Origin: Octopus sinensis
Lineage: Eukaryota
NCBI RefSeq assembly: GCF_006345805.1
Contig: NC_042998.1
Location: forward strand, 109,864,001 to 109,928,000
DNA: 64,000 nucleotides
Reading direction: 5' to 3'
The notes beneath the pieces were generated by a model, which did not search any database, had not been told where the DNA came from, and saw only the letters and a program-made list of their open reading frames with translations. The translations under genes and the position numbers were made by a program. Numbering within the stretch: the first letter of the stretch is position 1; every line of letters begins with the position of its first letter. Below, in pieces: positions 1-14,376 of the stretch.

Positions 1-55
1 ACACATACACGCAAACAGACACACACATTCATGCATACCTATATATATTTATATG

Positions 56-92
<37 letters not shown>

Positions 93-100
93 GCGTATAT

Positions 101-432
101 GAGACCCACTTCGGTCATGACTGACCATGGGATTACACCTAGAAAGTTACCCTCTCAGGCACAAGTCCGGGTAAGGTTGTTTATGGAAGACCAGCAGTCG
201 CCCATGCTTGCCGGCCTCCCCAATCCACGCCACTAATGTTATCAAAGGGAAAGGCAAAGGCCGATACAACTTGGCACCTGTGACGTCGCAACACATTTCT
301 ACAGCTGAGTGAACTGGAGCAACGTGAAATAAAGTGTCTTGCTCAAGAACACAACACGCAGCCCGGTGCAGGATCCGAACTCACAACCCCACGATCGTAA
401 ACTCGACGCTCTAACCACAGAGATACTGCCTT
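101..432 (-). mobile_element. tRNA-derived SINE with CORE-like central box and LINE-like 3' tail
   Basis: Minus strand begins AAGGCAGTATCTCTGTGGTTAGAGCG (A-box-like) and contains GAGTTCGGATCC (B-box-like). It continues TGTTCTTGAGCAAGACACTTTATTTCACGTTGCTCCAGTTCACTCAGCTG, a box shared with the copies near 6.1, 50.9 and 63.7 kb. Confidence 0.85.
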
Positions 433-439
433 ATATATA

Positions 440-508
<69 letters not shown>

Positions 509-615
509 TATAATACCATTATATATGTATAATATGTATAAATACATACATTTATATGTATACCTATGTATATGTACTTATGCATATATATATGTGTACA
601 TATATATATAAATGT

Positions 616-649
<34 letters not shown>

Positions 650-1130
650 TATATACACACACATATATATATATATACGTATATACATACATATATATAT
701 ATACACGCACATATATCAATGCGTACGTGCTTGTATGCGTATATGTCCGCTTGCATGCGTGTGTCTGTATAGAATTTTGTTGTGATAAACTATTGCTCAT
801 TATAGCCATTGTTTAGAAATTCGTGCAAGTTATCTGTATTCACATGCCATGAAGGTATCATTTTAAAGATGTTACCGGAACAATAGTCAATCTTAACGAA
901 ATATTAAATGCTACTCTACTCAATATTTACTTCGGTCACACATAAACATTCATTCACAGTAAGCACACAAATACGTAATGTACGCACGCTCGTACACACA
1001 CACGGACAAGCATATACATCTGGATATACATACATGAATAGGTGCTAATACACATTTTGATATGTGTATACATATACACACATACACGTATATGTATATG
1101 TATGTATGAATGTATATATATGTATGTATG

Positions 1131-1164
<34 letters not shown>

Positions 1165-2293
1165 TATATATGTATATATGTATATATGTATACATATATA
1201 CATACATGTATTTATATACACATACATATATATAAATATATATATATGCGCATACATATATAATATTTGTGTGTGTTTGCGTGTGTGTACAAAAATATCA
1301 ATTATCTATATATGCAGATATAGAAGTATACACATCACATCTATATACATACATACACAAATACAGATATATGTATGTATATGTTTGTGTGTGTACATAC
1401 ACATAGATGCATACATGCGTACACACACACATATAATATATAATATAATATAATATAATATAATATAATATAATATAATATAATATAAATATACACAGGC
1501 ACATCTGGAAGTTGAGATAATTTCAATAGGTCTTGAATTTATTGTGTATGTTGTTTAATGTATCTTCAAACGTCTTTGTTGATTAAGAAAATGTCACTGA
1601 CCACCCTCCTAGTTATCTTTAGTGTTATACACAAGCACTGAATCCTTAGCTTTCGCACGCGAATTTCCTATGAATTGTCTTTTTATCATTCGGTTCCACG
1701 AGGACGGAAGAATCGCATCTACTCGTTCCTATACTATTCTTTCCATACTTTAACCAAAGTAGAAGTATTTTGTAATCGCCGACGTGCGACACCTCACCTG
1801 CAAGAACGGAATAGCCGCAGTTAAGTTGCAGTAAAACAAAAGGCGAGCTAACTTTGTACCCAACCTATTTTTATTGTCGCAAACGTTTTTGTCACGCTCT
1901 ACACGTCGTCTCACCCTACATGCTCGAAGATGTTCAACTGGCAGCAGAGAGAACGGAACAAAATATATACAGAATACAGAACAAAGGTTTCAAATGAGAT
2001 TGTGCGTGTATGGGTAAATTACATACACATGTAAATGAATAAATTATTGGCATACGAATGAACGTACATTACAAGGCCGTTAGCTCCCTTGGTTTTATCT
2101 TTGCTTTGAAAAGTTTTTGCCTTTAATTTGCAGGGTATTCAACAGCTATCATCATCAAACCTGATTGGTGGCGGTACTGAGTATATCACTAACGGTCCAC
2201 TATTAGAAGCAGGTGTCTGTTGAACAAAACACTAACTCACACACACATGCCATCATGTATGTATGTACGTATGTGTGTATGTACGCGTGCGCG

Positions 2294-2331
<38 letters not shown>

Positions 2332-2509
2332 AAATATATGTAAGATTCACTTAAATAAGGTACTTAGAGTTGGTGTACCTAGTTAAGTCGGAATAATATA
2401 CGCACACGACAATAATTTGCAAATATCAACCTTGGTATATTGGTACCGGCATTCCTATAGTAATTGCAGAAAATTAGATTTAGCTATGTATACAATCCCG
2501 CTGTTGTGC

Positions 2510-2584
<75 letters not shown>

Positions 2585-3129
2585 CTATATATATGTATAT
2601 ATATATATACATATATTATATAATATATATATGTGCGTATGTATATATATATATATATAAAACGTCTAAGTATTTCCTTATACAGTTCAGAAATTTGATG
2701 AAATAAATGTACAAATATGTTCACTTCATTTATACTGCTAGAAATAGCAGCTAAATCTCTGTCAAGACACATCCCTTTATCTGCAGATTGAACATATTGG
2801 AAACACTATTCGATGATACACCGTTTATACGGAGAGAAAATTAAGAAGCAAAAACAGCAAAAAAAAAAACGTAACAAAAGTACAAAAAAAAGGAAGAAAG
2901 AAAGAAGAAAGGCTGATCATAGCTGTAAATGCCTTTCATTTAAGTGCAGCCTGTGGTTATAACTGTTATTTAAGTGTAGCTTGTGCATATAATTGTTCAC
3001 AGATATATATTTCTCTATATTGCTATATATTTCGCATAAAGTTATAAGGGCTTAACAATCATTTGCAACTTCTAGATCATATTTTCGTTGCATTTCTCTT
3101 GCGTTATTTAAACAACACACACACACACA

Positions 3130-3178
<49 letters not shown>

Positions 3179-3507
3179 ACGCACGCACACACACACAAAC
3201 ACACACACGCTCTCACACACGCACTCACACATATATATGTATGTATGCAATTTTATATACATACATGTGCACATACCCTCATAAACACTAACTCATTTAC
3301 ACAACCTTGCGTACAACTATGATAATAATAGCAAACTAAATATAGAGATTTTATCCGCTGAATGAAATAGATGACTTGATTATAAAATACTTTTTTCTCA
3401 CTTCACTAAATTTTTACCTGACAGTCACTCCATTTCAATTAAATCATTCCAGGCACCGTAATAATAGTTAGTTTTCTACCGTATAGTAATCAATACCTTT
3501 GTTAAAC

Positions 3508-3566
<59 letters not shown>

Positions 3567-3941
3567 AAGGATTTAGCTAACCAAAGAATATAATATCAAT
3601 GATAATTATTTATAAGATCTACCTAAACCACATATGCGTGTATTTATGTTTATATATATTATATATACTAAGGAAGGTGGTACTAAGTCAGAGAAAGAGT
3701 AAAAAAAGTGCACACCAACATATATATGGGTAGTTACATATATACATATTTACATATTATGTGCGCTTACATACACAATGTATGTATATATATATATATA
3801 TATATACCAAATAAAATATAACTGACACACAGTCATGTGCGTCTAACACGTTGAGTACTTTGTCATGGGTCGTCAGCTGCCAGCCGTGCACTATATGCGT
3901 GTGCGCGCCTGAATGTATGTGCGAGTGAAAGAGAGAGACTA

Positions 3942-3988
<47 letters not shown>

Positions 3989-5695
3989 GGAGAAGGAGCG
4001 ACCGAGAGAATCTAAGAAACAGAAACTAAGAGAGAGACTAAGAAAGTGAGAATGTGTGTGTGTGTGTGTGTATCACAAGACATTAGTTACGTAAGCTTAA
4101 ATACCAGTAATACTCTAAATACACACGGTCCCTCTTTCTCAGTATTATTGATAAAAATACAGGTCAAAGTGCCACCTGCCTGTCACCCTGATAGGGCCGG
4201 GAATTCTCCGACACCAACCATTTCAGAATAAACTAAACGTTATTCACGGTTAGAGTACGGATATATACTTCCAGTAAGGTGCAGAACCGATGTCTAGGTT
4301 GGAAAAGGAATGCTTGAGCATGTCGCTTCACCAGTTCATGGGGGTTCTCCTTAGGCACTTATACATAACGGGGGGTGGGGAATGTCAGGTCCAGGTCTCC
4401 AACATACAGTCCATCCCTACTTGAACAGAGCAGGGAAGTAGTTTGTTGAGCAAAACCTTGGGTAGTAACTCTGGCCCCTATCGGTGTGGTTGAAGTACCT
4501 GCACTGCGCCGAAATATGCGGCTAATTTCACAACGTGGGTTTGCACAAAGCGAGATACGCGACATGCTTGCTTGCGAGTACTACAGGTTCCAGAGGCACC
4601 AAGTGCGTGTGTGTGTGTGCGTTGTGTGTATGTGTGTGCCCGCTCATATACACACACACATTATATATATTCTTAGGATCATGTGCTAGGACAAGATGTC
4701 GGTAGCAACCTTTTGTCGTGAAGTGGGGTGTGGTTTGTTAGCGACACTAGTTCGTTAGTGTGTATGTGTGTACGCTTGTGCATGCGTATGTGGGCATATT
4801 CATGTGCTTTTGAATCTACTGTGTGTTTAGTACACGTGCTCGTGCATCTGTCGACAGATACTGCTTATTAGTGGACTATATGTGTATATATCTGGTGCTA
4901 CGTGTGTGCGTTAGTGTGTGTGCGTGGTGCGCGTTAGTGTGTATATGTATATATCTGTGTTTTGTGCGCGCGTGCATTTCGTGTATATGGGAAAGTAAGG
5001 TTTCAGGTAGTATATCTGAAGCTTGAAGTTTACTAGCAGGTTGGCAACAATATGGTAGTTCATTCTTCTTAGTAATGGATACAGCAGGTTGGTGAAGAAT
5101 ACGTTGTCATTTGAGGAGACAGAGTAAGAATTGCGAGTAAGATGGGTCCTCACAGTGATAGTCCATTCACTCATTCGATATTGGTCCAAGGAATACAGAT
5201 TGGAGGCAAGACTGGAATTAACGTCGCTACCAAATATGTAAGATCATGTCACCTGCGTCGACCAGTACGGCTTAACATAGAAACTATCTTGGACTTGTCT
5301 CACTCGGTTTCTGTAAGTCTGAAGAGATAGGTTCGTTCGACGCGCCTACGAAGCTTTAAGTTACATAAAACCAAATCGAAGTATTATATATATATCTTGG
5401 AACCTTGGATCTCTAAGGCATTAAAGTTTTAAATAGTTGCGCTTAATATTAGGTTAAAAACTCTTTCGTTAGGAGAAGTTGAAGATTGCCTGTGCGACTC
5501 GAACTGACGCCAGTAAGCTTTTCCTACGACAAAGGTTTTCTAAGCCAGGATTTACACGCAATCATTTATACCTTATTTTCTTTGAAATTTACTCTTAAAC
5601 AAAGAACAAAAACCAAAAAAAAAACCGAAAAGCATGACAAAAGAAATAAAGAATAATTTCACATCATTTCGAAGTTTATAAACTCTTATGATGTC

Positions 5696-5762
<67 letters not shown>

Positions 5763-5878
5763 TATATATAATATTTATATATATTATATGCATAATATTC
5801 TTATAAATAAACCCGGAGAATAAATATCAATAAATATCATTATGAGATATATTATATACAGTTTTATATATATATTAT

Positions 5879-5942
<64 letters not shown>

Positions 5943-6020
5943 GATATATATATATATAATATATAATATATATATATATATATAGATATATATATATATA
6001 TGTATATATATATATGTATA

Positions 6021-6081
<61 letters not shown>

Positions 6082-6082
6082 A

Positions 6083-6262
6083 CGCGTTGTGTTGATGAGC
6101 AGAACACTTCATTTCACGTTGCTCCAGTCCACTTAGCTGGCAAAAATGAGTAACGCTGCGATGGACTGGAGTCCCGTACAGCTGGGGGACTGGAGAACAC
6201 ATACGCCATTGAAACCGGGAAACCGGACCCATGAGCGTGGCTAGGCTTTAAAAGACCGCATT
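6083..6262 (+). mobile_element. 5'-truncated SINE (CORE-like box plus V-domain-like 3' part)
   Basis: Shares TTCACGTTGCTCCAGTCCACTTAGCTGG with the other SINEs, then GCTGCGATGGACTGGAGTCCCGT...AACCGGGAAACCGG. The V-domain resemblance is from memory. Confidence 0.7.
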
Positions 6263-6702
6263 TGCTTACACACACACACACACACACATACATGCATACA
6301 TACATGGAAGCATCCGCATACATATATGCATGAATACCTGCATATAAACGTACGTATATACATATATACATGCATATTTTCCAGCTGATACTCTTCGGTT
6401 GCACTTAATTCTGCAACATTCCTGTTCAAAAGGTTTTCTTTATGCATACGAAACTACTACCTATTTATGTTACATATGTTAATTTATCTACACATGGGAA
6501 AACATTTGTATGTATATACATATGTGCATTTGTGTGTATGTGTGTGCAACACTATATTTATATCCTTAGAAGGGGTTAATGCAAATATGGGTGGGTATGG
6601 TGAAAGTCTCTTGATGCAAAGTAGATTTAGGTCTGATGCGTTCTCACTTGAACTTAACATTCGGTGAGAGACGCAACATACATGTGTGTTTGTCTGTATA
6701 TA

Positions 6703-6737
<35 letters not shown>

Positions 6738-7098
6738 CCCACATATATATATACAAATATATATGTATATATACACACATATATATATACATAGATACAC
6801 ACACACACATACACACACATATTCTATTATTTCACTGGTTTTGGTCGCACTCTTTAGCTTAGCCACTTATATTTTCAACTACCCTATATGTTTAGCACTG
6901 CCTTTTCAGTTTCGTTGATCTTTACTTGCGTTTGTATTAGATGATGCTCCATAAAGATAACCTTGTAAAGTTGCTAAATGAATATTATATATATATATAT
7001 CTACGGAGATCTACGTGCATACATACATTCATGTATAAATACATAGAAACATAGATAAATAGATACATACGTACATATATATATATACATATATATAT

Positions 7099-7159
<61 letters not shown>

Positions 7160-7283
7160 TATATATATATCTATATTCATATATATATATATGCATATAT
7201 ATATAATTATATGCATATATATATGTATATATATATATTATATATACATATATATATATACATATATATATATACATATATAT

Positions 7284-7319
<36 letters not shown>

Positions 7320-7355
7320 TGATACATATATATGTATGCATATATATATATATAT

Positions 7356-7387
<32 letters not shown>

Positions 7388-7407
7388 CATATATATAACA
7401 TATATAT

Positions 7408-7443
<36 letters not shown>

Positions 7444-8378
7444 TGATACATATATATGTATGCATATATATATATATGTGTGTAGTAGATTTTTAAGCTT
7501 ATATACTTCCTTCGCTTGCTGTATTTTTTTATGTTTCTAGACACATAAACGCATTGACTAAGATTTGTTAAACAATGGAAACATCACCTATAGCCAACGG
7601 CAGGAATGAAAAAGTATCAAATTGTTACCTTTCTCAGGTATGTTTCTATTGTGGAAACAATATACAATACCTCCCACTGGGTCATCTCCTGTTGGCGGTA
7701 AGTATTACAAACATCAATCAGATTATAATATACATAGAACAGAGCCAAAGAATTCGACATAGGAAATATTCGTGGAACATTACATTGAAATCCATTAAAT
7801 ACAAATGCGATAAAACCAGACACATTCTTCCAGTACAGACAAGAAAACAATAAGTACAAAATATAATAATAAACTAAATAGAATTGCAGTAGAATCATAC
7901 CCGTGGGCGGTAAATAGCAAACCCCACGCGAATGAATATATAATAATACATCCCAAATAAATGAATAATATTATGCATATGTATTTCAGAATTTTGAGCG
8001 TCAACACAATGATTATAGGTAAGGGGTTATCACTATAATTATTGGTGCTTCTACTTCGGTAATCACCACCAACGGTCAAAGCAAAGAACAATGTGTCTTT
8101 GGTGATGTAAATCGCATTTCTACTCTAGTTTCTCCAGTAATGTTATTCTCCTCGATGTATGTCGGGTCATGTAATTTCCTTAAGTTTTATCTAAGTAGCT
8201 TTTTTTTTTATTCAGACACATTTATATAATTTCATATACACTGACACACAACCAATTACACACACATTCATAAATACACACATACACACATAAGTACATG
8301 CATGCATACATATGTAAGGTATTTCTAAAATTAAAGACGAGAATTTTAACCATTGTTACAGACATACATACATACATA

Positions 8379-8422
<44 letters not shown>

Positions 8423-11400
8423 GACACACACACACACATGTATACATACATGCATGCACATATACATACACTTACGCATACAGGAAAATGAAGCCCTTAA
8501 ACCTTAACGATGTAACCGAAAATATCGATTAATTCACCTTTCTATGAAAAATAGTCATATTGTCAGTAACATACAAAATTGTCTGTAAAGCAAAATTGCG
8601 GCATGGTGCTTCTAAAATAATATTTAATGCTACCCAAAGGAAAAACTACCATTATATGTGTAGAGGCAATGAACCTGTTATTGAATGCATAAATATATGT
8701 CAAAACACACGAAATATTAATAGAACATTCCTATAAAAAACTTCTACCAAGTGCAAACATAACAGCCTTGAAGTAGTTAGTGAGATCCATAAAGGAAAGC
8801 TATATAGAATTTCAGAATGTTTGATGTCTGTATGTGCAGAAATTGCACAGTGCATTATTTGAGACGATTACTCAATTCTGAGCCCTACCTGATCTTTGCA
8901 GAGTTAGCAGTAGTGTGGAGTTGTAGTATATTCTGTATTTGAGAGGGAAATTCGTTACTTTTCATGTAATTTTTGCTAATTTCAGTAAGTGTGTTTGCAG
9001 AGAAAGAGATCCTCAGTGATACTTAGAACTACCATTTGTAGCGATCATGAGAGTTCTACTTGTTTGCTGCGATACGACATAGTATCTTGGTTATGTATGT
9101 TCATTGTGTTATGTGTGCTTTTCACCTTTTGAAATACATAAGATTGGTATAAACTCGTAAGAAAAATGTTTCAAAAACCTCTTAAAGATACAGAGTGAAT
9201 ATAGATTGAGATATCTACGTTGCATATGAATCCCGTTTGTGTGCAGAACGTTTGGGGGGAATTTTCCTATTAGTTATTGAAAAAAAGAAAATTTCCTTGT
9301 CGTATAAGCATTTCAAGTTAGAATTCTTATCCTCCTTGCACTGAATATGTAAATACGAACTAAACTATTTGTTTTCCGTGCTGGTAGCGTCTTTAATTTA
9401 TTTGCAACTTTTGTAGCACTGTGTAAAATTTAACGGAGAAAGTAAGATAATAATTGAGATACAAATTTAGAGACAGTCATCCTAAGATAACGATAGGGAG
9501 ACAGATTATATATTTGAAAATAATTATGTTGTAGTCGCAATTGATATTCTCAAAGAATCATATTTCCCTATTCTTACAAACGCCTGCCATTTCTTCTGAG
9601 AAACTTGTTCAATTACAGGCAATGTATTCAATATTACTTTCCTGAAGAATTTATAAAACTATTTTAAGTGCATGCATGCAGAGATCTATGAAAGAATAAT
9701 GGTACAGAAGTAGTAGGTAACAGTAATCCACGTAAAGATGAGCTTAGAATCCAAGAAACAAATATAGTTACATTAAAAGCTGCCCGTGCTTGAAATCGTG
9801 AAGGGAAGCTATAATATCTGTGTTGTGGATTAACAGATGAGAGTGAGTGGATGTTAGGGATCATTGTTCTTATAAAGTGCAAATGTTATGGATAATATAA
9901 TGTGTTTTTCGAGATTAACAGTTTATAAATTTCAACGATAGAAATCATATATACAATACTAAAATATATCAACAGCATTTGCGCAGAATATTAAAAGAAA
10001 TATCATACCCAAAATCTCAAGATTTATCAAAAGCATAAGTAAAACTAAATCAAAAACACAAAAACTCTTATACAGAACAAACCTCTAATTCCGCTCTGAA
10101 TAATTGTTAAGCCTTTACAAGGTACAAATGCACTTTTCTGTTTAGGCGTTTCGATCACATATCTACTTCGACAAAGTAATATGTAAACACTCCAGACTAA
10201 TATGTAAAATTTCATCCACCACGCTTCATCCTTCTCTACATCTGAAATCACGTGCGCCAAGCGCACATGATTAACATATTCTTCTCTCTTTAACCTTACA
10301 TCCCTACTCTATTGCATCCTTAATCTTCTTGCTAAATTCTTTCCCCCAAAGCAAGCCACACCCTGGAACGCTCAGTTGGTCCACATATTTCTCACAGTGA
10401 GACAACAACAATACATTACTGTAAAGCATCATAATTTTACTGGAATTTGAAACCGGCGCACTGATTCTTATCTTCTTAGCGAAGTAGATTAGCAACAAAT
10501 CCGTGATATGAATTGAATAAGAACAGTGATTAGTCATATGTTGAATTTTAGAAAAATCTCACCTATGTTTCCAGTTACACTCAGATAAAATTTGCAGAGT
10601 TAGTGCCAGCTGATTTCTCTCGTTACCCAAATCTTTCCTGTTCTGCGGAATCACTACAAATGTGCAGCAGAGATAGATAATAGATAAATGGGAAAAGTAA
10701 AAGATTTGTGGTCTGGTTGATTCTTCATTCAGAAACAACTGAAGTTAATGAAGATGAAGGAAAAGTGTTTAGTTTAAAAAAATAACAAAAATACTAGAAT
10801 TTGCAACCAAACGCTAGAGTTAAGCGATTTTAGTATAACTAATACTAACAAAAACATCTATCTGATATATCATTACTATTCTCTTTAGTAAAAGTGGATT
10901 TGCAACACGATTATTTCCCTCTGTGAAAGCTATAGTTGGTAAATATTAAAGGACAAAAGACAAAAATACCTCCCACCAAAAAACAAAACAAAAAGAAATT
11001 ATATTGAAGATTTCGGGAAGAATTGTGATATTGATTTGGAGATGAGAAACCGATTATTCATACCTCAAAATTCGAGCTTTCAACACCAACAGATCTAAAA
11101 ACAGAAATACTTTTTCTCTTATAACACAGTATGACGCCGCTTTAGATTTAGAATAGTGATCAAAATGTCCTGGGAATGGTACCGTTGTTAGAGAGAATTA
11201 TCGACATTAATGTATCACTCATCTAGCAGCTCTAGTAAATCTACAACGTAATATCAGATTAAATTATTAGAGACACGAATCTGAGATAGGATAAACAAAC
11301 AAATATATACACGCAAAGAGACACAAGCACATGAATATACATATTTATACCTTATGTATGCGTGCGTGTATATAATTCGCTTTGAATCGGAATTAGTATA

Positions 11401-11994
11401 TGAAGACTGGCGCGCCACTTTATTAAAGGAGAGAATGAAAATATTTAAGGTTATACAGACATTGCACAATTAACAGCAAGATATCTACTTATGGGACGTC
11501 TCAGTACCAAAAGTAGAGTAAAAATTGTCATGAAATTCTTTGTTTTGATTTGGACTTTAATTGGTATAAGCGTATGAAAATTCACCCCGCTTTCATGCGG
11601 TTGAGCATCAATATATATATATTAAGATACCGATCACTGTCCCAGTCAAAAAAAATTGGTGGTTCGTATCCGGCGTACTGCAAGAATGCTGGGAGTAAGT
11701 CATCTCTTTGATGTCGATATAGTATAACTCAAAAAGAAAGTTACTTATATAAAATACAGTAACATGATTGAGGCACATGTCTTGCTTTAGGTTGTCATTA
11801 GTATATTTGTCTCTGATAGCGAAAGTCGTAGTGGTGCTACACTGTATGTTCATATGGTTGTGGACGGTTTACGAATTACTCCCTTACAAGAATTGCTTGT
11901 GAATTTGTAATTGTTAGTGATACTCATAGTCATTGAACGAAACATCTCTCTCTCTCTCACTCTATCCCTTTTCTTTCAATCTGTTTGTCTGACC

Positions 11995-12180
11995 AACATT
12001 CTGTCGGTCCATGTACGTACGTACGTATGTATGTAAGTATGTATGTATGTATGTATGTATGTATGTATGTATGTATGTATGTATGTATGTATGTATGTAT
12101 GTATGTATGTATGTATGTATGTATGTATGTATGTATGTATGTATGTATGTATGTATGTATCTGTGTGTCTATCTATCTAT
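11995..12180. repeat. (TGTA)n microsatellite
   Basis: Long near-perfect TGTA array; source of the MYVC-repeat pseudo-ORFs. Confidence 0.95.
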
Positions 12181-12304
12181 TTACATACACTAAAACATAC
12201 ACATCGTATTTGTCGTTACAGTGAGTATTCGCTACAATCTTCAGGGCAACAAGAGAATCTACGCTGAGCAGGCTTTCGTCGTAGTTGTTGACGTAACTAT
12301 TATC

Positions 12305-12538
12305 TGTTTCTTTACTACGCACAAGCGGCTAAACATAGAGGAGACGAACAAGGACAGACAAACGGATTAAGTCGATTACATCGACCCCAGTGTGTAACTG
12401 GTACTTAATTTATCGACCCCGAAAGGAAGAAAGGCAAAGTCGACCTCGGCGGAATTGGAACTCAGCACGTAACGACAGACGAAATACGGCTACGCATTTC
12501 GCCCGGCGTGCTATCGGTTCTGCCAGCTCGCTGCCTTA
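12305..12538 (-). mobile_element. Full-length tRNA-derived SINE (Meta/MESC-like central domain) with 15-bp target-site duplication
   Basis: Minus strand starts TAAGGCAGCGAGCTGGCAGAA and contains GAGTTCCAATTCC and GAGGTCGACTTTGCCTTTCTTCCTTTCGGGGTCGATAAATTAAGTACCAG. It is flanked by GACGTAACTATTATC (12290-12304) and GACGCAACTATTATC (12539-12553). Confidence 0.9.
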
Positions 12539-12967
12539 GACGCAACTATTATCGAAGAGAAATGAAAATCACTGTGTTCAAATACTTGGTTATTAGGACA
12601 AGATATAGTAGCGAAGTAACTTAAATCATTAAGAATGTTTAATCTACGCTCTGTGAGATCTCAATGATCATTCGAGATCTGTGGTGTTTTATCCCAAACA
12701 GTGAGATTCCCAACACACAGTTTACAATGCAAACACAGACACACACACATACACATAAATTCACATATCGATAATAATATATATGAACTAAATTACAATG
12801 AAGAATATATGTCCATCCTACTGAAGTTTTGTCGGAACGGGATCAGATTTATTCTATACACGTTAAATGGTATATGAACGCTGCATGGATTTTTATACTT
12901 CTTGATAGTTTGAGTTCTGTGAGTTACTAATTGTAACTCTATCGCAGCTAAGAAACATTTCACGACA

Positions 12968-13165
<198 letters not shown>

Positions 13166-13599
13166 GCTGACTGTCTGCAAATCTCCCTTCACACTCACAC
13201 ACACACATACATACACATGCACATAAAGAAGAAAGCAAGTGCAACTCAGTACATTTAAATGGTGTTCTGTTTATTCAATAAGTTTGATTCAGCTCCACAT
13301 TACTAAAGTTTCATGAGCGTAAAATACGTGTTCATCGTTACATGTTCGGATTCAGAATGAAGTAAATTTAAAAGCAATTTAAAGTGTCTGTTAAGGTTGC
13401 TTCATGTCACATTGATGTTTTAGCTATGTTAGGGATAACAGTTCATCGGGTACCTCATGTGAGTGAGCAGACATGTTGATGGTGTTAGTTAATCAGCAGG
13501 GTGTGGTATTTTAGTGACGTCGGATCTTATACTATATGCAGATCGTAGGAGAGCAGGCAAGATCTCGTCGTTAGTTAGATGCCATTTTGTACTATATTG

Positions 13600-13895
13600 T
13601 ATTTTAGGGACAAGAACCCGCCATAATTATAACTGTTCTGATCAACTTCACATATGGTAACTTTCTGAACAGAATCTTTGACACTCGAGACAAGAAAAGT
13701 AAGACAAGTACTCTCCAATGTATAGGTGGACGGTGAGATCGTCGACAAAGCCGCAAAAACATTATAATAGGGCGCTAGCGAGGAATGGTTTTGCTGTTAA
13801 GTTAGACTATACGGTGATTCACTGAGCCCCACACCAGAAGAGAGCTGGAAAGAGAACGTTAGTATGGTTTAATCCACCATGCAATTCAATGTTGT
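13600..13895 (+). pseudogene. Penelope-like element remnant (RT thumb/linker region)
   Basis: Plus frame from 13748 reads KPQKHYNRALARNGFAVKLDYTVIH*APHQKRAGKRTLVWFNPPCNS, matching the PLE pattern YNxALxxSGF...R.IIWFNPP. Confidence 0.75.
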
Positions 13896-13973
13896 GATAT
13901 ATGAAAAAAGAGCTTTAGTTACCTTTCTAAGTTTCTAGTGATTGAGTACAAAGTTTATATTATATATGCATAT

Positions 13974-14024
<51 letters not shown>

Positions 14025-14037
<13 letters not shown>

Positions 14038-14313
14038 TTAGAGACAAAACCACTATTTTGCAAATCAAACAAAGAAAGACTTAATCCAATACATAAAAAA
14101 ATTTTAATATAAATTAAATTAAATTATATTTTATATAATTTAATTTAATTTATATTAAAATTTTTTATGTATTGGATTAAGTCTTTCTTTGTTTGATTTG
14201 CAAAATAGTGGTTTTGTCTCTAATTAATATTATATAATATTTTACTATAAAATTGGATTCAATCCTAAATCTGATTTTCCCTGTAAATTTGGATTTATTC
14301 CCTAATATTATTA
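14025..14313 (+). mobile_element. T-rich terminal-repeat fragment (probable PLE pLTR) with inverted partial copy forming a ~105-bp hairpin
   Basis: Arms 14025-14129 and 14133-14236 are reverse complements with one homopolymer indel and a 3-nt loop. The right copy continues to ~14313. Both ends abut (TA)n. The PLE assignment is inference. Confidence 0.7.
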
Positions 14314-14320
14314 TTATATA

Positions 14321-14376
<56 letters not shown>

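Noticed and set aside
7990-8018. 29-nt candidate exon with good AG/GT signals
   Set aside because: It gives a stop when joined in phase to the upstream candidate exon, and has no other support.
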